Part shown: positions 1 through 14,639 of the stretch, one piece after another
Layout: each line of letters starts with the position of its first letter
How positions within the stretch are numbered: position 1 is the first letter of the stretch
Assembly (NCBI GenBank): GCA_039096225.1
Contig: JBBPEB010000017.1
Span: 372,001-436,000, forward strand
DNA length: 64,000 nt
Source of the DNA: Blastocystis sp. Blastoise
Taxonomy: Eukaryota; Protista; Bigyra: Opalinata
Reading direction: 5' to 3'
Notes under the pieces: generated by a model
Told to the model about the DNA's origin: nothing
What the model saw: the letters and a program-made list of their open reading frames with translations, nothing else
The model's database searches: none
Position numbers and translations under genes: made by a program

Positions 1-1569
1 AACATTAGTAGCAGAGACACTTTGACGTATTTGTTTATAAGGAATTTCAAGTGCGTACATAGAAGCAGGCTTATTATTCGATTCAGGGGACCAATAGATA
101 AGCATGTTTTCGACGGGTGACCAATCAAATGATTGGATACCAACAGCAGGTATAACTTTACGATCTAACATAATGAAATAAGGAGCATCAGCAATACGTT
201 CATAACTATATGTATATAATCATATATAATAATAATAATAATCATATATAATAATCATAATAATAATAATAATATATATAATATAACATAAACACCAAGA
301 CTATCTTTACCCTTAGTAGCTATATATTTCTCATCATAACTGAATTTATACATGGGCCATTGAGCATCTGCACAAGCGAATTTACGCAATACTTTACCGC
401 TATGAACGTCCCACACACAAACAGCATCTGTATTATTCATACCTGTAGTTCCATTCCAAGTGATTAAGTAGTTCTCCTTAGGACTGAATAATACTTCTCT
501 CACGCCATCATGGACGAAACGACAGAGCTTCTCCCACTTATCCCCTCCCCATAAGACAATACCCTGCTTATGAAATGTAGCTAAATAAGTACCTTGAGGA
601 GACCACTGTACACGACTTTCACACCAATTCTTCCCTTCACTCTTCTCTCTTTCACCACCATATTCAAGAGAAGGAGTAGTAATCTCTGTATGATATATAC
701 CAGTCTCTAATGTATGACGAATCACAAACTGCTCACGACCTAAATCATCAGATATCCAATTCCATAAAGAGGTACTATATATATGTATATATATATATAG
801 AGACAGATTATATATATATTTATAGATTAATAAAAATAGTTACAAGATTAAAATATATGTTTATAATACGTTTAAAAATGAAGAATAATAATATAATAAA
901 TAAAATAAATAAATAAATAAATATAATAAATATAATAAATGTAATAAATAGAATAAATGAATATAATAAAATATAATAAAACAAATAAATAAAACATAAA
1001 ATATACGGTCTCTTCATGCAGTTGAGGAGAGGTTCATAAGATTCTTCTTTAGGTTCTTCGATAGAATCTTCGTTAATATGGCGGGATTCGTCAAGATCTT
1101 TAAAACTATATACACTTAATGTATGAGCTTTATCCATCTTATAATTATTAAATTTAGCAATAAGCTTAGGAACAGCAGTAGCATCAACCAATTCAACAAA
1201 GATAATTCTATATTTTAAATATTTAATTAAGAAATAGAAAAAAACATATATATATATATATCAAAAAATATTTGTTTTTAAAATCAAATATATAAATAGA
1301 ATATATATTGACAATAAAATAATAAAATTTATATACCCAGAACTTTCACCAGTCTTAGGATTAAGAGGAATGAAAACATCGTTGTTAACAACAGGGAAAT
1401 CTTTCAATAATCTAAGAAAGAAAATACGAAGTTTTGTAGCTTTAGCAGCATCAACGACAGGAGCTCCAGAAATAACGACAACACCATCTACTTTATTTAA
1501 TTCTTCGATTTCTTCAGGCTTTAAGAACGCGGCCTTTTCACCTAGTTTGGATTCAATACTGATAGGCAT
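1..1569 (-). CDS. EIF3B: Translation initiation factor eIF3 subunit b (RRM + beta-propeller), multi-exon, 3' end runs off the window
   Basis: Spliced exons give VVISGAPVVD..KL (RRM), YKMDKAHTL, WISDDLGREQFVIR, WCESRVQWSPQGTYLATFHKQGIVLWGG, FSPKENYLITW and FDWSPVENMLIYWSPE, all typical of eIF3b/Prt1. Confidence 0.95.
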
Positions 1570-2048
1570 TTTAACTACGAAATGAAATCAGAGAATAATT
1601 AAATAAATGAAAATTAAATTTGTGATAAATCTGGTTTTCTATGAGTTGTCAATTTTCCGTGGAACTTTATAAGAATGTCACTGAAAAAAGTAATATTCTC
1701 AATTTTTGTTTGATGGCACTTTAATCAATATCTGTTAAGAATATATCTCAATGAACTTGTTGTACATATTGATCACTAACATAAAAGGTTATTCATAAAA
1801 AGTAATTGAAGAATTCTAGACGATAATGCATATAATAAATAATATATTACTTTTGGTCATATTATAATAATGTATATGAATGAATATGTAGTGTATGATG
1901 TGATTATTTCATTATTAAGAATTAACTAAGCATTGTGAATTTTTAAAAGTGCTAAAAAACAATTGTCTAACATATAAGAGCATGTGAAACTAATTGTTGC
2001 AACTAGAGTAGAGTGAACGTTCATATAAATAAAAAAAAGAGAAACTAT

Positions 2049-2823
2049 TTAATTATCAGAATCAGAATCAGTATCCATTTGTTGTGTCATTTGCTTTACA
2101 GCTTTTTCCACATCCTATGTGATATGTGCAGATTATTGTTATTATTAAATATTAATGAAATATAAATACAATAGAAGTAATAACACCTCTTTCACTGTTA
2201 TTGGCATTTTCAGTAGCAGACTCCATAAGCATTCGTAAAATCTATAGATATAATATAAATTTCAATTTAAAATATATATATATATATAATTTGAAATACA
2301 GCTTTGAATGCAGTTCCTTTATCATTTCTTTGTTTGGCTGACTATAGAATAATATGTATCAAGATAATATAAATATATATAATACAGAGATTTCCTTTTT
2401 GAGCTTCTTCATATTATTCTTTTTCCCTTTCTTGGTTTTTTCTATCATTGTTGTATCTGTGTTTTTATTTCCAAAGTCAATCAGAGGTAATGGTTCAACT
2501 GTATTGACAGAAGGAGTAGAAATAGAAGGAGAAGGAGAAGAAGAAGAAGATGTAGGGAAAAAGAGAAGTGGACGACGAGGAACAGATGTGGGTAGTCTTG
2601 TAGAACTCTCTTTGGAGTTATTATTAGAGTTATCTGAAGTGTTCTCTGAGGAGTTCTCTGAGGAGTTCTCTGAGGAGTTCTCTGAGGAGTTCTTTGAGGA
2701 GTTCTCTGAGGAGTTCGTATTTATATCAAATACACTATTAGTATTCTTAGTAGACAATAGTGAAGGATGTGTAGATATAGAAGAAATAGACGAAGGAATA
2801 GACTGTATGCATGAAGAAGATAG

Positions 2824-2901
<78 letters not shown>

Positions 2902-3916
2902 TGTATATAGACTAGTAGCATTATTAATAAGACTTATAGATGGTTCATAGCAGGTAGTGGCAGAACTGAGAGATGCAATTTCAGGAGTAACAATAGAAGC
3001 AGTCACAGGAAGGGATAACTATATATAAAGAATATTGAGTGTAGAGAAACATAAGAATAAGTATATATAATAAGACTATACTCCTTTAGCCTTGCAGTTT
3101 CTGCATAGATATTCTGCGTTTTCATCCTCCCATCGAAAGTCCTTCTCTATACAGTCCTTGTGGAACCAGTCCCTGCATCCTTTACATTCAATAAGAGGAG
3201 GAGTATTAGGGCCATCACAATAACACCAACTATATATATATAGAAAATACATAATAGATATAAATATATATATAGACAAATATATATAGATAAATAGATA
3301 TATACCGATCTCTAAAATTATGTGTATAATGATTTGTTGAACACAAATGTTTCTCGGGCATTAACGTACAGGGTGTGTCAAAGGGGAGAAGGCACGTGCC
3401 ACAATCACATGAGAAATGAGGTTTGAATCCAAGAGACACAATCTATATAGAAATAAATACAATATATATATATATATGTAGCTATATATATATATACATG
3501 ATGACCTTTCTGAACATGACACCAGTTAGCACATTGTTCACAAATCCCTCCTGTTCTATATATATATATTATAATAATAATATAATAAATATATATTTAT
3601 ATACTTATAAGATTCTTCTACAGTCTGATTTGTAACTAAAATAAAAAAGATATACATAAGCATATAATTATATACTTCTTTGTTTATCCATTTCTTCAAT
3701 ACATGTCATACATATATATAACTGTTGATCACAAGCTCCAAATTCTTGAGCACTATATATATAATCATATATATAGATATATATATATATACCTGCAAAC
3801 TCCATAAGATGAATGAACACCTTCATTCATCCATGTTTCTTCCATCTATATATATAATATATAATATATATATACACTAATTATAGAAATACTTCATCAT
3901 TGTTTTCTATATCCAT
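2049..3916 (-). CDS. UBR7-like protein (UBR-box zinc finger + PHD finger, Ser/Asn-rich tail); possibly the C-terminal half of a fusion with the upstream WD40 gene
   Basis: Spliced exons: CSAQEFGACDQQLYICMTC..GGICEQCANWCH..GHHIVSLGFKPHFSCDCG..NHYTHNF..WCYCDGP..LIECKGCRDWFHKDC..YLCRNC. Stop TAA at 2049-2051. Confidence 0.85.
2641..2715. repeat. 12-bp coding minisatellite (GAGGAGTTCTCT)n encoding SSEN repeats
   Basis: About 6 tandem units inside the UBR7-like exon. Confidence 0.9.
2827..2901. repeat. (AAT)n microsatellite encoding poly-Asn
   Basis: Uninterrupted ATT run in an exon. The antisense poly-Leu and poly-Ile ORFs are artefacts of it. Confidence 0.95.
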
Positions 3917-3956
3917 CTATATAAATATATATAAATATATATATATAAAGTAATAT

Positions 3957-4554
3957 TTAGCATACATAGTTAGCATTTGAGACAATATACATATTTGTAT
4001 CAGTAGATATATATATATATAAAGAGGAATCATCCAAAGAGAGAACATGAAAATCTACTACATGTCCTTTATCAATATCTATATATATATATATATATAT
4101 ATATATAACTAATAAATATACCAATAGAGTCAGATAGTTTGATAGTTTGTATGAGTATTCCTGTATATAGATCATATATATAGAAATCATCTTCTTCTCC
4201 TCCTCTAGCTATATACCCCTTACAAGAAGAGGAAGAAGAAATGAAACGACCTTTCTTACGATAGGTTTTATTACTATATATATATATAATATCAAGATTA
4301 AAAGTAAATATACCTTCCTTCTTTAAATGTATAGAGGACAAAAGGACATAAAGATATATCAATAGAAGACGTAGTACTCTAGAGATTGTATATATATATA
4401 TATATTATAGTTAATATATACCTGTAATAATTGTGTAAGAGAGAGAATATATAAAGGTCCTTCATATATATTAAGAGAGAGTAGTCCTAAGTCCATATCC
4501 ACATCTATTCCACTTATACCTATATATATAATATATAGTATACAACACACAAGG

Positions 4555-4590
<36 letters not shown>

Positions 4591-5590
4591 TATTATACCA
4601 AGAGGAATGTTTTGATAATAAAATGTATATTGACATGTAGGGAGCTGATTATAGGTTGGTCTATTCCCGCGGGAAATATATATATTCATATCCCATATAT
4701 AAAGATTTCCTTGTTTATTGGAACAAAGGAGAAGACTAAAAAATAATATATAAGCCACTTTCGATAAACAACATATATATATTATATACATAGTGAATAT
4801 GATAAATATAAAACAGAATATATATGATAATAAGTGATAATATATGATATCACATATATATATATATATATATATAAAATACCATATAAATATACATATA
4901 TGTAATTATAATAAAAGGAGTATATATACTTAAAAGAAGACAAGAATGTAAAGGATGTTATTTGTGCATTTGATATAGAAGAGAATACTATATATAATCA
5001 AATCAAATAATATATATATATATACAAATAAGTGATTTATTCAAAGCATCAAAAAGATAAAGAGAACAATCTGAAGATAAAATAAAATAACGATTCTTCA
5101 AATATTCAATACATCTGATTTTATCCTCTAGTTTAGAGGTTTCATATATCTGTTTAATAATTAAATAAATAATTTATGATATTTAAAAATAAAATAATCA
5201 AAATAAATACCATTAAACCATGATTAATATCCCATAATACAAGAGAATGATCTCCATAAGAATATAAGACTTCTGATCCATCATCATTCATACATAAACA
5301 ATTTATAGTATCATCGATTTCCTTTGTTTTCTGAAAACTCATCTCAGGAATTGTGTCTACAAATTTATAAAACGATATTCGAGACATAGTTGAATCAGTA
5401 ATCGCTATTTTATCTGATTTTAACTTGTAATCCATATATCCTGACGCTTCATCGCTATAAATGAAAACATGAATACACATGATTAGAAAAACTACTCTGA
5501 GAAATAAACATCAACATGTAATTTAGGCTTCTGCAACTGCTCTAAGCCATGTTTGTATTGATAATAGTTCTTTATACTTGAGAAATTCAT
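3957..5590 (-). CDS. WD40-repeat-like protein, multi-exon
   Basis: ATG at 5590. Exons contain INCLCMNDDGSEVLYSYGDHSLVLWDI, LLLCSNKQGNLYIWDM and YIARGGEEDDFYIYDL, which are WD-like strands. Confidence 0.65.
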
Positions 5591-5771
5591 AAAGCCGCCA
5601 AAAAAAAAAAGTGGCAAAAAAATGTTTTTCAAAATTTATATTTTAAATCATTCAAAAAGAATTCATTTATTCTTTTATATTTAAAAATCCACTATCAACA
5701 AATACATTTACGAAACATTCTTCGATAGTTATAAAGAAATAGAATCAAATAAGAATAAAAATAATAAAAAG

Positions 5772-5843
5772 TGCGCCAGCCGGGATTCGAACTCGGGTCT
5801 TACGCTTGGGAAGCGCAAATGCTAACCACTACACTATTGGCGC
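5772..5843 (-). tRNA. tRNA-Gly(CCC)
   Basis: GCGCCAATAGTGTAGTGGTTAGCATTTGCGCTTCCCAAGCGTAAGACCCGAGTTCGAATCCCGGCTGGCGCA folds as a cloverleaf with anticodon loop TT-CCC-AA and a TTCGAAT T-loop. A T5 Pol III terminator follows. Confidence 0.95.
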
Positions 5844-6282
5844 TTACAAAGTGAAGTGATACTACTCTTATTTCATAATTATTTTCTTTAGAAATCTAAT
5901 AGAAAACAGTAACAAAGCTCCAAAACAATGATATAACAAAAGACGATAGGAATAATATTACAGAATAGGATAATATACGAATGTATCCTATTGCTTTACT
6001 CATGGGTTTATAATTACAAATAAATGAAAAAGAAGAAAAAAAATTCCAATAAAAGCAAAGGAAGAAAATATAGATATAATAAATACATAAATAATAAACA
6101 AGATAAAAAATATAGTTCATAGATCAAAATAATGAAAAAAAAACAAAGAAACAAATAATTATACAACTAAATGAATGTTGAAAGAGTAATTCTTATCATC
6201 AAAAGATAAGAATGGATATATATATATATATATATATATATCTTCTTGATATGATAAGAATAAGAATTGATTTGAGCCTTGA

Positions 6283-7534
6283 TTATGTGTTGATAGTAAC
6301 ATTATGACCTATGTAATTACTATAAACAAGAGATTCCCATATATATAGAAGATCTCCTGGTGTATATCGATGAGCTGCCAATAGAGTATCCGTGAAAGAG
6401 GAGGAGGAGAAGGGAACACGATTAAAGGAAACTACAGAATAAGGATAAGAAGAGAAAGGGATTTGAACTTGTTTATTTAATAGACCTAAATAAACATCAT
6501 CAAAATATAATACTGGTTTAACAGTATGAGAAGCATTAAGGAAGAGTTTAATAACATCCATTGAGAATATATAGAAACACCCTGTAGGATAAGGAGGGAA
6601 AACAGTAGGAGAATAAATATCATTGGATATATAATATCGACTTTGAGGAACTCGAATAGGTTTATTATTCTGGATTTCAAATCCTGCATATATATTCTTA
6701 TGGTTCTGAATAGCAAAATGAGGTAATTGAACTCTTACAAGATTTAGTATATTAACCCAAGTATCTCCATCAGAACGAATGAAATATTGTGTATGTGGAC
6801 AATATTGAAGAGACCATTTCATACCTAGTAACACATTCAATGTAACATTTAAAAAGGAGTTCTGGAAATTATAGACAACGATATCTTTGTATTTTTGTTC
6901 TTCTTCTTCGAGAAATCGATCCTCATAAGGATCTATAGATTGACCCATGATAAACAAATGTTTTATCGTAATATTATCTACAGAAACAATCGATCCAAAT
7001 GTTTTACGAATAGCTTGTCGAATCTTCAAATCCTTTGCACTCATAGGATGAATAAATAATATAAATGGATTAGAATCACAAAAATGTTCATTATGAAGAA
7101 TAATAGAATAATCATATGGATAGTGAACTAACATCTCATCTTTTCTGTATACACGCTTTGTATATATAGAATCATGAATACCTTCACCAAAGCACTCCAC
7201 AGGAACCAAACGTTTTTTACCTTGTTTTTTGTAGCAATCTCGTACAGAAGTAGCATCATGAATCATCTCTGTTTCTAAACAATCAGTTAAGTCATCGAAG
7301 AAAGTAATTTCAGAACAATTGAGTGTTTTCGAATGAATTGGTTCTGTTAATATAGCTATAAATGAATTATTTATCATTATCATATATATTATTACGTGGT
7401 TCATCACTATAAAGATTCAGTTCTTCAGGATTCAGAGTTGATGATGGAGAAAAAGAAAAACTGAAGCGTATTTCAATAATCAAGTAGATACTTGCACATA
7501 TCCAAGCAATTGAATATAATATTTTATTAGTCAT
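6283..7534 (-). CDS. Beta-1,3-galactosyltransferase family (GT31), type II membrane protein
   Basis: N-terminal TM exon (MTNKILYSIAWICASIYLII), then IRQAIRKTFG, EEEQKYKDIV..FQNSFLNVTL, YFIRSDGDTWVN, FPPYPTGCFYIFSMDV and YFDDVYLG. Confidence 0.9.
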
Positions 7535-8115
7535 AACTCATTTACTGAGGAATAGACAAAAAGAAATACTCTACAAAATAAACATTTACAGAAATATATC
7601 CCTTTTTCCTGTAAAGAATCCGAGTTATTCATAAATATGTTTTCATTTCATTTTTCATTCGTTGTTCTTTGTTGTTTATCCCATATAGAAATCAACATAT
7701 AAATTTGATTTATTAAAAAGTAGTGGAATCAACTTACTGAACAATTCAAGTTTTATTTTTATATAATTATCACAAAATAGTGAAAGTGTTGATATGTTTA
7801 TAAGCTTCACACTTTGATCATATTCATCTTTGAACATATATATCTCAGATATGTATTTTTTTAACATAACATCTATCAAAAAATAAAACATAAAAAAATC
7901 TAAAAAGCAAGTAAAGAAACTCACAATAAATATACTTTTTAAATATTGAACATAAATATATCAATATTTGAATAGATTATATTACTATAGATAAATATGA
8001 AAACAAAAAAAAAACATGAACATAGAAACTAGTTATAAAATATATACTTTAAAATAGATTAAAAACATTGCATATATAATAGAATTAAAATAAAAAATAA
8101 GAAAGATAGATATGT

Positions 8116-10972
8116 TTAGGCCATGATAAGTTCACGAATCATAAGTGTTAAGAATAGTGTTGGTCGAATGATATCTGTAAAGGAGAAGAAGAATTGAGAA
8201 CCTTCTATAAGAGATCGAATAGGTTTTCCATAGGATGACATATAGAGCATCATTAGGAAGAGAATAACTTTTAGAATAGATCGAATGACAATTTGTCGAG
8301 GTTGCATAAGATAATGAGGAACAGGAAGTGCATAGAAGAGGAATAAATACAAGCATACAATGATATATTGACAGATACACCAAAGGGAAGTAAAGAAGAG
8401 ATTATCGAGTCCAGGAATAAACATCTTTGTATTTAAATTGATAAAGCCCCATAAAGTAGTACAATATCTTTGACCCTATATAGATTATATAAGAGTCATC
8501 AAATAATATTTTATATAATATATATATTTATACATAAAATATTTTTTTTTAAATTAGAATAGAAATAAAAAAAAAATTGAATTAGATATATATATATTTA
8601 TAAAAATGTATAACATAATTTTGTTTTTATAATTATATAAAAATAATAAGAAAGACACAAATAAAAAAAAGTTCAATTAAATAATTATACATTTCCTTTA
8701 ATAATATTTTGAGGGCATATTATATAGGAGATTATTCCAAGAATCATAGATATATAGATATAAGGATCACTAAAGATGAGAAGCCATTTTGCTACAATAA
8801 ATCGCGGGAGTGAAGGTAGATAATTAAGAGATGAATAGATATCGAAATAATTTTGATATCGTTGACGTATAGAAGGTAGAAAAGAGGGTATAGAGTCTAG
8901 AATCCAGTCGAAATAACGATGCATTGAAGTTGGTAAATAAGTAGTATATAGATTCATTGCTGATTGTTTGATTTGATCATAGATATGGAATTCATTCGAT
9001 ATATAAAGAGAAGGAGTGAGAGGATCAGGGAAAGAAGATGTATGACTGAAATGAAGAATAGAATTACCATTAATAAAAGAGATTGTGAATAAAGTGATAA
9101 CAAGTATAGTAAGGAAAGAAGGAACACGATCAATAAAGAGAGAAACATGAGTATGCATAATAGTTCTAGCTAACCATGTATATATATACATATAGAACTT
9201 ATAGAAGGAGAAAGGAGGTGAATAAATATCAATAGTATTATCTTCATGTTTATATTTATAGACTCTTCCTTTGTTATCGACAGATCGTATCTTGAGATTA
9301 TAAGGAATATCATAATGAAAAGAAGATGCAGAAGTAACTGAAGGAGTAGAAGGAGATGTATTTTGAGTATATGTACGAATTGTAAGACAATCATTATAAG
9401 TATCTACTGAAGACGCTTCAATTAAATGTTTATTTATATACCTATATAAAATAATATAAAGAAATATAAAGAAATATGTATCAATAATAATATACAATTG
9501 AGTTGTTTGAAGAGGTTGTTGAGAAAGAGTATATAAGTATATTTCATTAGGAAGAAGATTCGCATAGTGATTCATTGGATTATCTATTTTAATTCCATTC
9601 TAAAGAAGATATATATATAGTTAATATATATATTATTGATATACAAATAATATATATATATATAACATAATTTTATTATATTTAATATGATAGACTTAAA
9701 TATACTATTTGTCATATAATAATAAATATTATAATAGATATACCATGGGATTGCATAGAAATAGAAGTGGTTTTTTGTTCCAATCAGAGACTCGATATGT
9801 ATTCCAATATATATATCCATTTCGAATAGAGAATACACGAAACCTAAAGATCATGAAAGAGGAATAATAGGATTATATAATAATAGCAAGACAACTATAT
9901 AGAAGATATTAATATATACAATCCTATAATTTTAAATTCTGGACTTTGAATTTCAGTCACATTACAACTATGAATTACCTATATACATATATATGTATTG
10001 TTTTTTGAGTACAAATTAATAGAAAAGACGATAATAATAAAGAATATTTCTATATACACTAGCATTTCTACCTAAGGCACTGTGTATATGTCCATTAAGG
10101 TAAAGATTTGGTCTATATATATGAATAAGATCATAGAAGCTGAGACCCGAGGAAGATCGAGGACGAGTGTCCATAGTAAATAGCGGGTAATGGCAAAATA
10201 CTATAGTACAGTAATACTCACTATATATACATATATATATATATATAAACGAACTAGAATATTAACATATTATTAAACATAAATATGTATATTCTTTAAG
10301 AAATATATAGTTCTCTCTTAAACATATATATATATACTTATTTCGTTTAAACATTTCTTCTAATATATTTAAATCTTCCGTTGTACACATACCACTAAAT
10401 GCTTTTAAAGGTCCTAATGTAGCATCAACAGAAATAAAACGAATCTTTCCTTCTTTATAATCATAACTCTGCTCATATCTATATATAACAATATTAAAAA
10501 GATATCTTTTTAAACTCTTAGTATATAATTAAAAAAATACACTCTTCCTTTATTATAATATCCATAAACAGAGTATTTCAAATAATATTTCTTTTCATGT
10601 GAAGTACAATCCCATGCATCATGATTACCACGAACATCTAACCATTTATTTGGATCAAAGTAATTATATTTTCTCAAAGAAGATTCGTAACTATATATAT
10701 ATATTCATTTTCAATATAAATAATCATACAACTGCCATTCTTTCTCGTTTGGAAGAGCTATAGATGTTAAAAAAGGAATCAAGAAATATGAATATACTAT
10801 GTCCTTTTATGCTAATAGAGTTTCCTATATCTCCTGAAACAACTACTGCTTCTGGATCAAGCTTAGGGAGAATATCACGAAGTAATATAACAAAACGTTT
10901 GTTTGTTAATTTCTTTGGATTTGGATTCATATGAATATCCGTTATATGAACAAATGAGAAATGATCTTTCAT
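8116..10972 (-). CDS. TMEM62-like calcineurin-type metallophosphoesterase with C-terminal TM segments (paralog 1)
   Basis: FVHITDIH, VVSGDI, DVRGNHD, CHYP and LNGHIH motifs across GT-AG exons, followed by hydrophobic C-terminal exons. Start approximate. Confidence 0.8.
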
Positions 10973-11441
10973 TCCTAATATTGTTATTCACTTATTATTT
11001 ATATAAAAAAAAAGAAAATACTCAAAAAAACCAAGAGAAAAATCCGAAGTTCTTAGAAAAAATGGATTGAAAAATGGAGAAAAACCGTTAAAAGAAGAAT
11101 AATGTTTTTTTTGTGTTTTTTCTATAAAAATATTTTTTTATTTTCAATGAATCTATAGGATGGCATAAATAAAAATATTTTAAAAATTTTATTTATATTT
11201 TAGCAATATCCACTATTATTTACATTTAAAAAAGAATAAACTACAACATGATAAACTATAAATTGGAGTATATGAGCTTCATTATCATTTATATATTACA
11301 TCAAAACTATAATAGATAGTAGCCATAAATATGTATCATTTTATAAAAGTATTTTTTTGCTTCATTCATGAAAAACAAAAGACTATTTATTCAAAAGATA
11401 TATATATGTAAACAATAATGAAAGCCATAAGTATATAAAAA

Positions 11442-14156
11442 TTAATGATTATGAAAGAAAAACGAATATATAAGTGGATAATTCTTTAAGAATTCTTTAA
11501 TCATGATAAAGATGAGTATAAATGGTCTGATTTCATCGGTATATGTACATAAGAAATCGGATGATTCATACTTTTCTCTTATTCCTAAAGCTATATAGGA
11601 GTTAGTACTTGTATAAAGGATCGCTCCAAGTTGAAGTAATTGAATAATAAAAGGAAGAGGTGAAGATATAGTATAGAATAGTAAACAATACACACATATT
11701 GACGTATATTGTAACCATAAAGTAAGTGTAGACCAAATAAGATTATCCATAGATAAGAAGAAGTGATGGGTTGTTATATTATAATTTCCCCACCAAAATA
11801 GCAGTTGATATGTAGACTAAAGAAATATAAATAAAAATATAATTTTTAAAATATAAGAAAATACATTACAATATTAAAAAATATAGTTTCGAAAAGATAA
11901 GAAAAAATAGTATAATAAAACAAAATATTATAAATATAATAAAATATAATTTATTTCAATTTAATAAGATAAAAATTTCAAATAAGATATATATATACTC
12001 CTTCTTTTTGTGTTCGATGTGGAATGAATAATTGAAAGAAAAGAAGAAGAAGAAGAGATAGTGCTATAGATGAATCCCCATGGAAAAGAAGCCATTTAAC
12101 GAGAATAGGGATGAATATAGATATAGAAGAGGAGGAGGAGAAGAAAGAGTAGAAATACTGATTTAGAACTGTATATCGATCATATGATGATGTATAGGGT
12201 GAAGTGATAGAGAAAGATATATAGATAGAAAGAATACTTAAGATAGTAATAAAGATAATAACAAGAAGGGAGAAAGGAATCATATAATAGGATAAATTGA
12301 GTTTCAAGAGATACCCCAATAGAGATAATGATGGAGATAATGATGTATTATCAACGGTGATTGGATGATTGACACGTGTTCTCTGTTTGTGTTTATCAAG
12401 AACTTCGATTTCCAAAGATAAATATTTTATTAATCTATATATAATATATTTATAATAATTAATACTTATATATTATATATATATAATCATATATTGTTAT
12501 ATTTATGATTTTGTTTATGTATAAATATACTGAGAAGAAGAAAGAGATGATTTATCGACAGAACAGGTATAGAGATGTTTTTGTTCTCTTTGTTTTTTTA
12601 ATTTAATCACTTTGTTACTTATCTTTCTAGAGATATATTAATCATAATATATATATATCATACATATTAATATCTTCAATAGAGTATTTTGCAACAGCAA
12701 AGAGAGTTATTGACGTTGATGATGTTGATAAAGAAGAAGAGGATGATAATAAAGATACTGATGGAACTAGATATCGACAATCCTAGAATCAATATATAGT
12801 AAGCTATACATATATATATACATTAATGTAAATATGAATATAGTCATTATTATATTATTATATATATATATACAGAGGGTGAACATAAGCATAATAGAGG
12901 TTTATTGTGATATAATGGTATTGAATAATCCTCCCATGATAGAATACCCTCAAATAATGTAAAGAGACGAAAACTATGTATATTTATAATTATAGTATAA
13001 CTCATATTCATAACGAAATAATTCACTATCAAAGAATTATTATTACTATTATTAATACTATTATTAATATACATTCCTGTCTGTTTGAAATCAGGTATAT
13101 ATAATTCTAAGACTCCATGAGAATCAACAAACTATAAGTATATAATTGATATGAATAGAGTAATAACTATATGTATATACGTTAGGATTCATGCCAAATT
13201 GAGAGTGGATATGTCCTCCAAGGAAGGCAGTCGGTTTATAGAGAGAGAGCATATCATGAATATTATGATTATACTTAGAGAGAGCCCGGCAATCCAGAGT
13301 CATAAGAGGGAAATGACAAAAAAGAATGGTTGATGAATATCTATATATTATATATATATAATATTATACTGAATATTATTTTTTAATTATATCAATTAAC
13401 AACAAATAGAATCATGAAGAGGAAGAGTATATATTATTATTATATATATACGAAGTGTCCATAAGTAGATCTTCTAGAATTGTTAGAGTTGAAGAAGAGA
13501 TCCTGCCGTTAAAACAATGTGCAGATTCCTTACATCCCTCCAATCCAATGAATCGAATTGAACCATAAGAATAAGAATAAGTCTGTTGATATCTAAATGA
13601 AATAGATATAAAGAGAAGATGAAAGAAGAAGATATATAGAGAAGATGAAAGAAGACAAATATATAGAATTATACATAGACCCCTTCTGATAATAACCATA
13701 TACAGAATGATTCTTGTAATATAAAGGACCACTATCTCGCTCATCCCAAGTGTCATGATTCCCACGAATATCCATCCAGAAAGAAGGATCAAAACGACCA
13801 TATCGCTTCAATAATGTCGAATAACTAGAAGAAATAGACTCACATATTATTTATTAAAATTAATATATAAAATTATCAAATAGATACAGCATCCATTCTT
13901 CTTCTATTGGTTCGTCTATAATATATATATGTATAGTAACAATTAATAACTAGCAGAAATTTTTAAAATCACAAATACGTTCTTTTCGTGAAGTAATCGA
14001 ATTACAAATGTCTCCTGTTAATATAACCGCATCTGGGTTTATTTGAGGTAATATATCTTTCAGAAATTCATCAAATCTTTCAGTAACTTGGGTATTCTCT
14101 ACTTGAAGATGAAGATCTGAAACATGTACAAAAACGAAAGCTTTCTTATGTATCAT
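11442..14156 (-). CDS. TMEM62-like metallophosphoesterase (paralog 2)
   Basis: FVHVSDLH, ILTGDI, WMDIRGNHD, CHFP and FLGGHIH motifs, in the same exon order as paralog 1. Start approximate. Confidence 0.8.
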
Positions 14157-14639
14157 GAATTACACAAATATTGAGCAAAAAAAGAAAACATATCATCAAC
14201 ATCTACAAAAACACAACCATTTCATAGAAAAAGAGTATATTTTAAAAATGATCACTTTTTTTCATTATCTCCATCCTTTTCATCATATTTTTAACAAGTT
14301 ATGTTTTTTTTTATCATTATTTTATAAGTATTGTAGATCTATTATATTAAATAACAACAGGATCACATTTTAGTCTTTATTTAAATCAACATTTCTTTGA
14401 TTTTTAATTTATTTATCACGTATTCAGTTATATTTTTTAAATATTCAAATCTGACAAACTAAATTATCATTTATATATTGTTTTCTAAAAAATGTCAATT
14501 AATCACAACTCACTTTTTCATTATTCACTTATTTTTTACGAATTTAAATTCATTTTTGATATTAAAATATCATCTTATAAATCTTCTATATTCAAATCAT
14601 AATGGTTTCAAATCAATTCTTATTTTTTTAACGCTTTAA

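Noticed and set aside
2354-2950. Poly-Leu, poly-Ile and YIYI-rich ORFs here and throughout (e.g. 33761, 46038, 52574, 54735)
   Set aside because: They are antisense or off-frame translations of (AAT)n and (AT)n microsatellites and introns.
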